Source: Selaginella moellendorffii (Eukaryota; Plantae; Lycopodiophyta). Taken from it: a stretch of 64,000 nt of DNA. A program made the translations under genes and the position numbers. Below the pieces are notes generated by a model, which had not been told where the DNA came from, did not search any database, and saw nothing but the letters and a program-made list of their open reading frames with translations. Numbering within the stretch: position 1 is the stretch's first letter; every line of letters begins with the position of its first letter. The DNA is taken from NCBI RefSeq assembly GCF_000143415.4, contig NW_003314364.1:124422-188421 (forward strand), read 5' to 3'. Below are positions 36,266 to 50,462 of the stretch, one piece after another.

Positions 36266-39200
36266 TGTTAGTGTTTTGGCTTCACATTAGATCTTGAAGG
36301 TGGTTGAAGAAGAGTGTTAGTGCAATATGGATATTCAAAGATGCAGTCTTCGTGATCAAGCTTTAGACGTTCATTTTGTATATTTTTTTTGCGGATATCG
36401 ATATTAGATATTAGATATATGGGCAGAGATATTCGACACTTAAGCATACTATGGGTCATAAGAATTGGTGCTGAAGTGAACTTATATGAAATTTAAAGTA
36501 GGAGGAACTTGGTTGAGTCTTGAAAGTTTGCATTACTAGACTGAGAGTCATTCTTTTTCTAGGATGGAAAATTTTCCATAAATTTTCTTAAACTTTTCTA
36601 ATGGCTGATTTGTTGATCACTTTGCCCGAAAACCATTCTATTTTCGTAAGCCAATACAAACTAGTGAAGGGGTTGGAGTTGACTTTGGTTAACTTAAACC
36701 TTAGTAGGTAGTTTGTATAATGCGACCCAAAAGGTATGCTAACTTTTAGGGTTAAGGCAATTGAGTTGGATAAAGTCTGGAGTTGGTGTAGAAAAGTGGC
36801 CGTTGCACTTTTCTAGAAAGGTGACCCTTGTGCCTTTCTTCTAGCATTGTGCTTGGTGACAGGTTGCACCTTTCATTTCATTAAGACTCTATGAGAGTAG
36901 TGAGCTCTCACTGATCTTGACTTAGTCTTGGTGGCCCTATGCCTTGGCTAAGAATGGTGATGTCCAACTTAGTTGTTTAAAGTTGAGATGTTAGTACCTG
37001 TACTATAACTTTGTCTATGAGGAGGTTGTGTACCAATATAAGTCCATCCATAGTCTTCACTTTAGTTTCAGCTGAGTGTTGATCTTGCATAGCTAGTCTC
37101 TTCAATGCATGCTTAGAGCTATTGGCTAAACGTGTCAGTGAGCTTATTGTGGTTGAGTTGGATTTAAATGGTCATTTAGTCTGTGCTTGTCTATGAACCT
37201 TTATCTCATACATGAGGTGTTATGTTCATGTTAGACAAGTGTATGACTTGATGACATGAGTTTAGTGTTTGGGTCTTGTGAAAGGCAGGTTGAAAAAGTG
37301 ATTGTTGGTTACTTTGCAACTAGTGATTGCTTGTAAATTTTGTCGAGGACTATTGACACTTGCTTCACTCGATGAAGATTTATTAGTGATGGGTTTGCTT
37401 TACTGAATGGTGTTGCGGAGGATCATGTTGTTAAACTTATATGGGTTTTCCATGTTGGTATATCGATTTTACCTTTGTCGATGTTATTTAGTTATGTTTA
37501 ATCTATAGTGTTGGATTTCATGGAGTTTTGGATGTGGTGAATCACTCATTGATGATGTGTTATCTGTAACTGAGTATTGTTGAAGGTTTTTTCTTGGATT
37601 CTAACTAAAGTATCTTTGACTTTGGTTAGCTTAATTGCTAAAGAGTTTGGGTAGTGATTCACTTTTGCCTTTTTTTAGCTTTGTTATGGTGTTGATGGCA
37701 TTGAAGTGATGCCTTGTTGTTGACATTGTTAATGTTGAGGCTCAAGTGAAACGAAAAGTCTCTCCTTATGATTGATATTGAGTTTCATTAGTCTTGATGA
37801 AGATAGTGTTGATGATTTCGCTATAACTTTGTGTTATTAACATTCGTGCATTTGCTAGTTACCAACTATGTTGGTGTTCAGACAAGATAAGTGGCAAGCT
37901 GAGTTAGTTGTGTTCTAGACGAGATTGTTTAGTCAAGGTTTAGCTTTGGTTTTTCCTTGAAAAGTGATTTAGTCGTAGCCTATGTTAACTCTACAAGCAA
38001 AAGAGTTAGTGATTGATATTGAAATGTTTAAATCCTTATTGGATTTGAGTTGGAATATATTGATCATTGATGATTTTTTTTGTACTTGTTATGAAGTGAG
38101 TTACGTCTTGCTATAAATGGATTCATGGAGGATCGTTTAATGATCACTTATTGAGCATAACTTTGTTATGCCTAGTTTTTATATTGATGTAGATATGCTC
38201 TTCATTAGCTTTGGCATTATGAAGTTTAGCTTATAGATATGTTGAGGAGGATATTATGGGTTATACCATGATTTCTTCTTTAGCATTGAAGCTAATTCAT
38301 GTGAGACTCGTGATCATTGTTAGGTAAGACTTGGCTATAAACTTCTTCAAGCTTTTTCTTCTTTGAGTTTTCATGCTCATTGTTCCATTTGTTAGGAGCT
38401 GTTGGGGAAGGCATTTTGGCTTATTAGCTTTGATGTTGAAGTTGATTTTTGCATTTAGCAATCATTGGTGATGATTGACTATCATCTAGAATAGTTGATT
38501 GTCCTTGTCAAAAGGTTTTATTTGATTGTTATTGATATAGAATGATTCGCTATTTTTTGGGATGGCGGATTCTTTCTTCAACGATGATTTTGTGTCTCTT
38601 CATTGATGGGATGATTGATGATCTTTCATGATAGTTAGTTGGTCTCTTTGATGGCTTATGGCTTTTTGCAATATCACATATTCTTTGTGGTTTGTTCTAG
38701 ATTGGTCTCTTGGGTTTAAGATATCAATAAGATGTTGCTAACACTTGCTTGAGCAACTCTGGTTGCTTAGTATTGTTGACGAGGATCTATTTAGATTGAC
38801 TAATACAATAGTTGGCATGAATGAGTGTTATTGGTCTTACTACATTCATTCTGTTCTATTGATTATTGCTTGAGTTAGTTCTGATAGATTAGGATGTTAT
38901 TTCCTTCATGTGATATATTCCTGAGCATTGTGCTTGCCAATCAATGATACTTTGTGTTTTTTTAGTTGTCTTTTGTGAGTTGTTTTGCATGCTATTTGCA
39001 ATCTTTGATAATTGTGTTTTGTCATTAAGTGTCCTTGATGATACACTACCTATTGAATTTTGTTGGATAGTGAATCTTATGTTTCCCACTGTTATGATTT
39101 TGGTGGTCCTATATACTAAAATTAGTTTATCGGATGATAACTTACTTGGAATACATTTATGTTTTAATCTAAGATTTATTTACTGATAATTAAGTCTCTA

Positions 39201-39777
39201 AGATATCATTGTCTTTGACTTTGATATTGTCTATCTATTGATCTTTGAATTTGGGCCAGTATAGGTAGATTGGCTTCGGCACTTCGTGTGCATGGTGAAA
39301 TCTTTAGTCATGGGGTAGCTACTATCGATTGGTCACATAACCCACCTTTCTGTCAATATTCCTTATTTTATTCAAAGGGCGTGACCGTGTAAACAACTCT
39401 AACTACCTGTTTACAATAGTTTATTTAAACCTTACCGATGGGTTTGGTTTCTTTGCTCAAGAGGGTTGGGGCCTCTAGCTTCTCTCTCTATGTCCCTGCA
39501 AGCAAGGGCATATCACACTTTTGTAAGCTGGGTGACAACTAGAGCAGCAAGGGTGGCTGACTCTATTAGTCATTTCCTTGTCGGCGACGGCCGGAAGGTG
39601 TTTGAGTTGGTAGCGCATCCACATTAGACCAAGAGGTTGCCTCCTAACTCATTTAAATCAGTGCATTTCTCATATAGTGTGATCACCGTGAACTTTTTCT
39701 AGAGTTGTTTCCTTAGTGGTGGTCTAGACAGGAGTATGCATCGACGAGGATGTCAATCTTCCCTAAGGGGGGGAGAG

Positions 39778-40095
39778 TGTCGTGAATGTGATTTCGGGTA
39801 TCGAAAGTTACCTATCGGATAGTCCTTACAGACACTCTTTCCTTACTACCACGATGGCAAGAAGTTGGTATTATTGGGCCTGTTATCAGTTCCCACTTGA
39901 GGTAATTGAGAAACTGATCAATAACTGTGCACTTAAATTGGATAAACATAAGGCCCTTTGTGTTTCTTGCCGAGCATACTCGGCCTGGTTTGAGAAACTC
40001 CTGTCATTGGCTTGCACTTGCTAGTATCAAGAACCCCCATGAGATTGGTCCCTCAATATTCGCAAGATGATAACTTACCGTGTTTGCCAAACACC
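39778..40095 (+). mobile_element. LTR-C 3' LTR fragment after PPT AAGGGGGGGAGAG, cut by LTR-B
   Basis: PPT followed by TGTCG; homology to 31835-32160. Confidence 0.55.
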
Positions 40096-41263
40096 TGTAA
40101 GCCACAAATTTTTTCCTTTCCAATTTGCTAGCTTACCTCGTCTATTCGTCCGACACTGCCTTGGCTTTTGCTAAGTTCTCTCACCAATGTTCTCGCCTAT
40201 GGTACCAACTCCTACTTGGTCCTACTTGGTTTCAGCTACTCACTACACGAGCAACGGAGCGTTAGCCATCCATCCACGGATTCCTAATCTCTCCCAATCC
40301 CCCTCCCCGGGTTAGACTGGACTTAAGGTTCGGCTACACTCCCCGCAAGCACAAGCAGCCAAGCACACCAAGCTTCCAGGTTTCTAACATCCCTTGGTAC
40401 CACAAGACTTGATCATAGGACCCTCTAAATCCCAAGTCTTGAGTGCAACACTTGCTTCGGGACGCCGGGGCAAAACACCGTGGCCTAGTGGCCCGGTATG
40501 GGTACCTCTACCCCCCCCCCCCCCCCCACTTCTATCCCGAAGGAAGGCCCAAACCCCTAGGAAGGGCGAGGACCAATGAGCCGCATGGTACTCAAGTGGG
40601 GCACCACTCCACATGAGCCGGGAGCACTGCAATCGGTTTCCCTTTCGGGAGTGGGAGCTGCTCTTGAGCACTTCCTTGGATGGCCCCTCCGGCACCAACC
40701 AAGTCCATGCTCACTCCCACCCAAGGCCCCTCGGTCCCAGTCCCAACCTCAAGTCAGTTTGGGAGCCCCACTGGAGAGTCCCTTCTAAACTGGTTCCTGG
40801 ACCTCACTATCCCTACTATACTTTTGGAACCCCCTGCAGCCCCCCCCCCCTGGGAGACGCACGCTTTGGGCTTTCACCCCTTGACCCGTATTAGTATTTG
40901 GACTTAGTCTCTAGCTCGATCTCAGACCCGATTTCGGATCCGACTTCGGATTCGGTTTCGAACTCGATCTCGGACTCGATCTCGGACCCGATCTCGGACC
41001 CGACCTCGGACTCGACCTCGGACTCGGTCTCGGACCCGATTTCGGATCTCGGACTCCGTCTCGAACTCAGTCTCGAACTCGGACTCGAACTCGGTCCCCG
41101 AGTCGGTCTCGGACTCGATTCCGGACTCTATCTCGAACTCGGTCTCCAAGTCAGTCTTGGACTCGATCTTCGACTTAGTCCCATCCGATGAACTCTTTAT
41201 CATTTTGGTCATGCTTTCGTGGTTCCTTTAGCCTACGACACCTCGGCGAGTTGGTTCCTTACA
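40096..41263 (-). mobile_element. 3' LTR (LTR-B) of the chromovirus
   Basis: TG...CA; PPT at 41264-41279. Confidence 0.9.
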
Positions 41264-41668
41264 ACTCCACCACCCATAGAAAAAGTTCGATGCCCACATT
41301 GAATGTCTCTTTTTTAATCCTACGACTTGTTGACCATGTCTCCGGGGGCATCCCCCCACTTAGCGGTGTGCCTAAGTTAGCCTCCTTGGCCAAGAGCCCA
41401 TAACAACGGAATATAGGTGTCCCTATACTCCTCACCTCACCATGCCCTAGTATAGGGTCGGGACTTGAACCCAGCCTTGCTTTACTAGGGGGTTGGGACT
41501 CGAACCCAACCTCCGTAGAATACGTCTACGGATTCGACATCCCCGCAGGGAGTTGGGCGTAGCTCCCTCCGCCTGGTCGACCTAGCTAACCCATGCTAAT
41601 TAGCTTACCTTCGGCGCGCCTTCGGGTCCCAACATATGCCACTTGCTCAACTTTGCAAATTGATATTT

Positions 41669-42471
41669 TTAATTGAACTTTGCATAAGTACATAGAATTC
41701 TGCCTTGCAGAAATTCCTCCACTAGATCTCGCGCGTTCGCTAGGTTCTCCTCCGGTTCCCATGTTGCTTCGCAGTGTGGAAATCCTTTCCACTTCACATG
41801 GAACTCTCTCACCTCGCGTCCTTGTCGCTTGCTTTTGCACGCATTGAGGATGGCCTCGACTTCGTATTCCTCTTCCCCTTGGATAACCTCAGGTAAAGGT
41901 CTTACTTGGTCCTTGCGAAGCGGATCCTCAAAGTACGGCTTGAGTAAGTTCACGTGGAACACTGGGTGCATCTTCCCCATCTCTCAAGGAAGTCGGAGTC
42001 GGTAAGCCACTTTACCGATTTGTGCCTCAATCTCGTAAGGCCCCGCGAACCTACTTAAGGAACTCAAGATCAATTCATTTACAGGAATACATGCATTTTT
42101 ACCTTTGGGTCAACTTTCGGCTGATCCCACTTGGTAGCCTGAGGTTCTTGGTGTTCAGACACACCTTCTCCCCAGCTTGGAACTCTACATCCCGGTGCTT
42201 TAGGTTCGCGTACTTGGTTTGCCATTGTTGAGCCTGTATCAAGGAATCCCTCACTAGATTCCAAATGTTGAATCTTTCCGCCGTGAATGCCTCCACTGCA
42301 GGTAGCTCTCCATGATACTCGGCCACGTCGAGCTCCACAGGACCTTCAATAGCTCGCCCATTGATGACTTCCCATGGACTCACCCGGATACTCGAATGTG
42401 GTGAGTTGTTATAACACATTTCCGCAAGTCCCAAATGACTTACCTAATCGGTCTGGTCTCCCGAGACATAG
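41669..42471 (-). pseudogene. Integrase C-terminus, GPY/F module and chromodomain
   Basis: YNNSPHSS, GPYEI, HPVFHVNLLKP, EYEVEAIL...VKWKGF...TWEPEENL. Confidence 0.9.
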
Positions 42472-42820
42472 CATCAAGCTCTATTTCGTTAAAGTGGGAA
42501 TTGTCATTATTCCACTTGTAAAAATAAGGTTTCCAAACCTTTATATAATATATAAATATAACAAAATTCAACTGCATTGAGGCACATGCCATTTTATTTT
42601 AAACAAGGAAATGCCTACTCAATCACTTCTCCTCCCCCTGCCACTGCTTCACCTCTCTCTTCTCCTTGTCATCGTCGTCCAATTTCTTTCCATCCTTTTA
42701 ATATTGGCTCAGTTGCTTCGAGTCTAGGTGGAGCCCAAGTCCCCATTCAATCTTTACTTTCCCCTTGGCATGGAACCCCATGCCATAATAAGTTACATTT
42801 TTAAATAAATACATGCCATC

Positions 42821-45800
42821 TCAGACTGTTATTTTTTGCCTCCAACGCCTATACAATAATCTTGGAATTTCATCACTCTCCACACTATCAGGATTTAAAC
42901 CCAATAGTAATGCCATCTCTTCTCTAATACGTCCACGCTTATGTTCAGTGGTCGAAGAGCCCATCCGGTTGAGCAGATTATGGAGATGCGGATAGTGCTT
43001 GGCTAGACAATATACATGCCATAAATGATGACTGGTGTCTGTCCGATCAAATGGCTTCTGATATACCGTTCCATCTGCCATTTGGTTGATTTCTGCAGCC
43101 ACCTCCTGGATTGGCCGGTTCTCTATCACCATCGCTTCAAGCCGTTTTGCAAGGTCCCCCAGAACATACGGTTTCTTCTCCCTAGTTTCCATACTGCAAG
43201 AGATGGGGTGCACTGCATATGTGTGCGTGTTCGCTGCAGTTTTAATCGGCGAGTCATCGATGATGAGGATTTCACTTGACCTAGCAGTCCGGTTCATCAC
43301 TACAGCCTCTGGCTTGACGAAGATAGGCTTGCTACCCCTCACATGGACCATAGTCAAGCAATCCTCCTGCGTTAGGAGAAAGTCAAATGGTAATATTACT
43401 CGCGTCTAATCGTGCATCATCTGTAGCAACGTTAATGCATTGTGGCGCATCATGGATGTCCAAACTCCCAATTGCAAATTGAACCCGGCCCTCTGTTTTA
43501 AGTGTCGCATGGTCATTATTAGATCCCGCAGTTTCTCCCGTGTGATTAATGTGAATCTGTCTCTTTTGACCAACTTGCGACCGCAGGCTTTGGAGGGTGC
43601 AGTGACATTCGAGGACGAGCCACACTCATGGGAGAAAAGGACACCGTTTAGATCAAAAACGATACAGTACTTTCGCCGTGACTCTGAAATGAAATGCGTC
43701 AGCATAAAAAATGGTACAAGTCAATTTTACCATCTACAATATTAGCGAATGGTGCTCCCAATGGTCGTTCAGAGGGTTTTGGTCGAGGAAACGTGAAGGG
43801 CGGAAATACTCTCCTCTGCAATGTGGGGTCAATCGCATCCGATGGCGTGTGGGCACATGCCATTTCAGCTGTAGACTCTGGTACAACTGGCTCAACAGTG
43901 GCATGGGGTGGTTCCGATGGCGTGTGATCACACGCCATTTCAGCTGGTGCCTCCGTTGGCAAAGTGGACATGACCGAACAGGCAGCAGGGGCGGTGTAGG
44001 GAGGTTCCAACGGCGCGTAGTCAGACGATTGGGCACACGTTGAGTCCGTTGGAAATGAGGATATGACCGGCTCGGCGGCTGGGGCGGCCTCATGCGGGTC
44101 CAATGGCGCCTGGTCACCGTCAGTTGGATACGTGGACAAGATTGACTCAGTGGTATGGGCAGCATCAAGTGGAGCGTGGTCAGCTTGCTTGGCGTTGATA
44201 TGGATAGTAGCCTCCACTAGCTCTGATGACTCTTGCAGGCAAGTAGAGTCCACTGGCGGATCCATATGCATGTCCAAATATCTCCCTTCGATTGAGATGG
44301 TATCCTCCCTACTGGCTACTGAAAACAAACTCATTAGCACATTGAATCGACTATACTGTATTTACCATCAACTGCTATTGAGCGCACTGCTGATTCTGAA
44401 GGATTGGACATACATTTCGACCCTTGCTTGGCACTATCCTTCCTCGACACTAAAGGCTAGAGTTTGTATCTTAATTCAACTGAATAATCTCTACTTACAG
44501 CATAATAATAGCATGAGGACATACGCGATGAGCACACAAATGCTTTTACCCTTCCTCCTCTGCCCTGGTCAGTTGTCCATCTCTTTGTCTACAGCGTCTG
44601 AAAGCTGTTTTGCAGGTAGCCTAATTCGAGGTTCACGACGTCTCCTTGGCACTTGAACTGTATATTATTGCATCAACACATGCAACATCCCATAATATTT
44701 TTAAGTTATCTTTCATAAAGTTTTCCATTGGTTCAACTCGTTTCCCTGAAATACAAACTTAGATAAGTGCATGGGGCCATATGTCATGATCGTACCTGTT
44801 TCAGAAATCTCCTTATCACTCTCCGAGGCCTCCCCCTCCTCCACTGGAGGCACAATGTTCCATTCGATTTCCTCGACGCGATCTGCAAGAACATTAGTTA
44901 ATTGCGTGGGGCCACACGCCATCAAACCTTCAGGTTCTTGTCGTGAGGTCTGCGCTGCTTGCCCTAGTCTCTTTGGAATTTGAGCTGCAAGAAGCAATGG
45001 CATGAGAATTCACGTATAACAAAAATGATTGGTACCTCTCGTCCGTTGTACTTGGCTGGTGCTTGCCTGTTTTGCATTTGAAGAAGTGTCTCCTGCAAGG
45101 AATGGCATGAGACCACACGCCATTGCAAATATAATTTGTACCTCCTTTTTTCCTATTGCTTGTCTGTTTGTCCTTCTTCGACACGCCACCAGTGCGCTTT
45201 TCAGTCCTCGTGTCTGAATATTCACAACGATCTATAATCAAAATGGCATGAGGCCTCACGTGACCTTACCTTGTGCAGGTTGTGAGCTCGGCCCAACATG
45301 GGTATCTTCAATAGTAGCTGTTAACGCCGTTTCAGCATCTGGGGGTGGCCACGCTCCTGCATACAGAGCTTGTGAGATAACATTTAAACTTAAAGTGCGT
45401 ACTCACCAGGTTCGCAGAGAAGATACTGTTTTTCTTTGGCAACTGTAATTATATGCTCCATTGAAGTCACCTCTTCAATGGAGTTTGTCACCGCAACACA
45501 CGGGACACCCTTGAGTAGTGCGGCTCGAAAGAATAGTCCGCCGCAGTTGTACTCGACAACGCATTTGCCCTTGGTGTCACCCGCTATTGCGTTGAAGACC
45601 CAGCTGAGCATTTCCCATGCTGCACCTGGAGCTTTCTTTGGATTCGAAAGCTCCATAGCCGTCTTCAGTTCCTTAGGCACGGGTAAATTGACCTCCCTCA
45701 GATCAATTCGATCGGCCTTGTCGAACGAAGCTGGGAAGTCACTCCAGTCCCACTCTGCTGCAGGACCAATAACAAGGGCGAGTGTGAAGATGCGGACATT

Positions 45801-46240
45801 CGTCGGTATCTTCTTCTTAGCCATTATCCCATGTATCTCCCGCATCTCCTTGCCTTTCAACCGAGCCTTCACCTCGTTCAAGGCCTTCCAGAACTTGTGA
45901 TAGGATTCGGAGTCGTAGATCATATAGTGGACTGAAGATTCCACCTCCGCAAGTCCCACCATTAAGTCAATGATGGAGCTGACTTCGTCTGCATGAGTGA
46001 TCTCCTCGTTTGTGAAGTCCATCACACAAAAGATGTTCTTGACCTGCTTTGACAAGGCGTTGAGCTTCAAATCATTGGGCTTCCGGCCGTCCTCCACACC
46101 CATTGAGTTTAGCAACTCCCCGTCATGGTACCTCCTCAGCACATCTACCCATTTGTCAAAAACAACTTTTGTCGTGAGTAGAATGTTATGGATGCTGAGT
46201 GTGTCATTGAACCCTAGTGTTTTCGAGAGAAGACTCGAGA
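42821..46240 (-). pseudogene. Cargo gene remnant (MTase-like, linker and HAD exons; ParB-like part deleted)
   Basis: Homology to copies 1 and 3; TAG in the HAD exon at 43406. Confidence 0.8.
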
Positions 46241-47857
46241 CTCGAGAAAATGTGTTTATGGTCCTAGGGGCATTGTGACATATCAAAGGATTTTGCATCA
46301 AGTTCTGTATTTGCATGTTTATCAAGCTACTGAATTGCTAAACCCTAAACCCTAAACATGTGGCAAATGCTGCGTGAAGAAAGATGCCCTTTCTGGGCAA
46401 ATGCTGTAAGAGGCAGATGCCGAGCAGATGTATCTCAGGCTAGCGAAGGGGACAAACGAAAGCTAGCTATAAACATGACGGGATGCAAATAGATTACTAG
46501 GCTGGTCCTGCGAAAATCAAAAACCATAATTGAAAACATTGAAAATGCAAAACGAAAGGTTTATAATATTTTTGAATTTTAAGCAACCAAAGGAATGTAA
46601 GTAGGGCATGTGTTTGTAAGTTTAAAAATGCCTCAACCACTTAAATTCCCAAGTAAATAAAGCTGTTTCTATTTTTGGTACAGGTAAACTTTATAGCGTG
46701 TGGGCTCATGCAATTTTGAACCCAAAAATGCACCAAAAAATGCTCGACTAGCATTATTCTTTGAATGGCGTGTGGCCTTATATTGCCATAAATGGACGTA
46801 CACACACAGCATAATTATTCCTTTACACAGCGAATAATCTTGGCGCGGATCGCTGACATGGCATGGCAAAGTTCGAATCACTGACATGGCACAGCTGGAT
46901 CGAGGCAAGGACATGATGTGACAAAGTTCAACCTCCGACAGCAAAGTCTAGAAGCTACTCAGTTTGAAATTTGTCAGAGGAGTCATAAGATTTGGTTTGT
47001 CAGAGGATTTGATGTGACATTCAAGCGTGTGTTATTTTTGAATTCTCGAACTCATTCCTAGGTCTATCATTTTTGTGTGCCGTGTTCTTGGTTCCGCTGA
47101 GCGCAGTGAGCGCTGCTTGTGTAAGCGGCGTTGTGGGCTGTGGTTTATGCGTCTACGAGCGGTTGTGGCATTGTGAGCGCCATTGCGGGCGGCAGTTTAT
47201 GCGAGTGGCAGTTTGTGCGAGCGGCACTACGAGCAGTTGCGGTGTTGCGAGCGGCGCTACGAGTAGTTGCGATGTTGCGAGCGGCACTGTCTTTGGTGTG
47301 GCTACCGCTTCCTCTTGATATTCGGCACTTGTGCTTCCTGGTATGTTCACCATGGAATGGCTTAGGACCACATTTAGAAATGGCATGAGGCCACATGCCA
47401 TCTTGGGCCCTTGCAATTTCATGGCTAGCGTATTGTCATGTATGTTTTTACTTGCCTGCAGCTGTGTGTATATCAAGATGGCATGAGGCCTCATACCATC
47501 TTTGGCCCCTGCTAGCCTATTGCCATATTCCTTTTGCCTTGCTGCAACTGTATATATTTCTGTATGGGTGACTAGTCACGCACACAAATATATATACAGT
47601 TGCAGCAAGGCAAAAGGAATATAGCAACAGGCTAGCAGGGGCCAAAGATAGCGTGAGGCCTCATGCCATTAGTGGTACCACTAATGGCATGAGGGCTCAT
47701 GCCAATTTTGTGAATGCGAAATTTCATGTGGGTGTCAATAGCATGTTTGAATAATGGCATGTGGCCTCATGCTATTGAGGTTGTTTGGTATGTTATGATT
47801 TAGGCCATTCTCCAATCATTTTTTGTATGGTCTTAACTTCTTTTCTGCACTTTCAGA

Positions 47858-50462
47858 ATGGCCTTCAGGGTTGGGGAAAAGGTTTACATTTTGAATGGTG
47901 GGAAGAGAGTTGCAAAAGGGACCCTTGTGTCTATGGATCGGAACTTTGTTATACACTGTCAAAGGCTTGGGGAAGGCAATGCTGCTGTATCAGTAGAGAC
48001 TGTCTTCGATGGGAATGTGGTCGCTATTGAACGAGGAGAGATGGTCGTCGGGGTAAATGTTGTTGCTGCCTTGAAAAATCTTCAGAAGAAAGCAGATGTG
48101 AGGGACAGCGCAAGTGCGACGCATGTTCCCTCCGTGGATCTTAAGAACCGTGCTACATGGATTCAGGCGAAGGTGTTTCTAAACAACCCCGAGGGGGAGG
48201 TGGTAGCTGAGGGCTTAGCCACAGTTGTCGATCCAAGAGATGCGGTTGCTAATCAAGAATTGGGCTGGGATGATATTGGAGTTGCGATTTTAGAGGTTGT
48301 TGACACAGAAGAAAACAGTCTGACTATTGGAAGCATTGTGCGGTGGAAATTGAGGCACTTAGTGTTTGAGAATGTGAAGGATTCACAATCAAACACCACT
48401 ACAACTGATGACAGAACATCTCTTCATGGGAAAAGAAAGTACACCTTCCTAAAGCGCAGCCAAAGGAATCTGAGCAACGAACCGAAAAGGCAGAAAATGG
48501 CGATGGAGGTTTGAATTGGAAGATGTGAATCGGGAACTCCAGAGTAATGGCTACAAGAAGCTGAGCCAATCTAGATTTAGTAGATTGTGGAGCAACAGGT
48601 TCAGGGATGTGAGTATAGGAAAGTACTCCAGCTTTTCAAAGTGTGACGAGTGCACTGCTATCAAAATGGCTTTGTCGAAGAATTCTTGCAGCGCTCAAGA
48701 GCGAGAGACGTTGGTTAGAAGGCGGCTCGACCACAACATCGAGCAGAGAAGCTGCAGGACTGCATATTATCATAACAGGATTCTCTCCATGGAGAGACCT
48801 GACTCTTACCTCTGCATCATCCACGACAAAATGGACCAGAAAAAGACGTGCTTACCTCGACTCAATCCTGCCCCCAAGGCAATCTCTTCATCCATGCAGC
48901 TGCCTGTGTCTCTGTTTGGCATAATCGCTCATGGGCATGGTGCCCAGAACTATGGGAACTTCTTTGTACCTCTATGGGGTGGCGGGGGTGCAAACATGAT
49001 GATTGCGTCCCTAGCAAAACACTTAAGGTCTCTGCAAAGTGCGCAAACTGAGCTGAACGGCCAACCCTTGCATAAGGCCCTTGTCGATCGAACCCCATAC
49101 AGGGTTCAGCTGGAGGAGGAGCAAAGGCTTGCAGTATCGCGTGGGGCCCCATGCCATCCCAGTGAATATGTTGGCCGTCAGATTGTAGGGTTATCACGTG
49201 AGGCCTCATGCCATTCCGACGAGGCTGGTCGCCCGGTGAATGCACAGCCTCATCCAAACGAAGCAGAATCTCAAGGAAGTTCTTGCGGCCGATGTGGCCT
49301 TCCACCCCATCTTCTGCTCCAAACAAACAATGCTGGCAGTGAGAACAAAAACATGTACGTCTTCGCGTACTTGGCGATGCTTGTTGCCAAAGGCATATTT
49401 GAAACGGTTACACTTGGCTTTCTCATGGTTGGGCACACTCATGAAGACGTCGATGCCATGTTCAGTCACCTGGCAGAGTCCCTCTGGCGATCCAATGTCC
49501 TCACCCTCCCACAACTCTACGATCAATTCCAAAATTGCATCAAAGGCACTGTTGAAGCTGCACTTCTGACAGAGGTTCCAGACTTTAAGGGGTTTGTAAG
49601 AGGCTACATCAGGGACAGATCCGAAACGCTGATTGGCCACTCCAAGCCTCTTCAGTTTCATTTCAGCATGTGTGACGGTGCTCCAGTGATGAGGTACAAG
49701 ATGAGAGAATGGGACACAGTGTGGCTGCCAGTGGACGGCATTGAACTCTTCAAGAGAGATCCCATAACTGGGGAATCTATGATTCCTCAGGGTTCCCCAC
49801 GGCCGATGCACCCGGATGGACTCAAAGACCAGGAAAGTATAGTGGCCGGGATTAGACAGCATATTGCCTTCTGGAAGAGGGGGTTGGTGTTTGGTGGAGA
49901 ATCCTATTTTCAGAGGTGCAAGCCTTTTCTCGAATACTGGGAGAAGATTATATCTGCTATCCAAAATGGGCCGGTTGTATATGAAGAATTGGAAGAGTCC
50001 TTTTGGCCAGAACCCAGAGCACCAGATAGTAGCGGAACAATGTCCTCTGGAAATGCAGTGACAGATAACGATGTTGAGGATCACTATTGTGGGCCAAGGA
50101 ACAAGAAGCCGGATTCAGCATTCAATCCAGTACAGGTCTGCAAAGGAATGGTCGTGCTTGTCAGACCAAGTAATAAAAAACAAATGATATGGGTGGGGCG
50201 CTGCATCACTGATGCAGAGGAGGACGCGGAAACTAAGTCCTTCAATGTAATTGTGGAGTGGTTCAAGCCAAGTTCCGGATATACGAAGGATTGCCTAGAA
50301 AAGAGATGGGTGCTGAATCCAAGGGATCCCAGCATGAGCATATCGGTGGATAATGTTGTGCATGGTTGGATGCAGAAGCAGAGTGCCACCATCACCTTGC
50401 CAGACCATGCAAGAGATGCAACAAGAGCATTCATAACCCGGGTTCAAGGTGAGATTCATTAA
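47858..50462 (+). pseudogene. Transposase of copy 2, with an internal deletion at ~48515 and a D-to-N change
   Basis: ORFs 47858-48514 and 48516-50462 match copy 1; QTNNAG replaces QTDNAG. Confidence 0.85.

Noticed and set aside
36270-39700. Possible ancient pol or host gene in the T/G-rich tract
   Set aside because: Only faint traces and no ORF or motif I can support
42053-42104. 48-bp insert with an ACCT duplication in the integrase tail
   Set aside because: No TIRs or link to the transposon; probably repair filler
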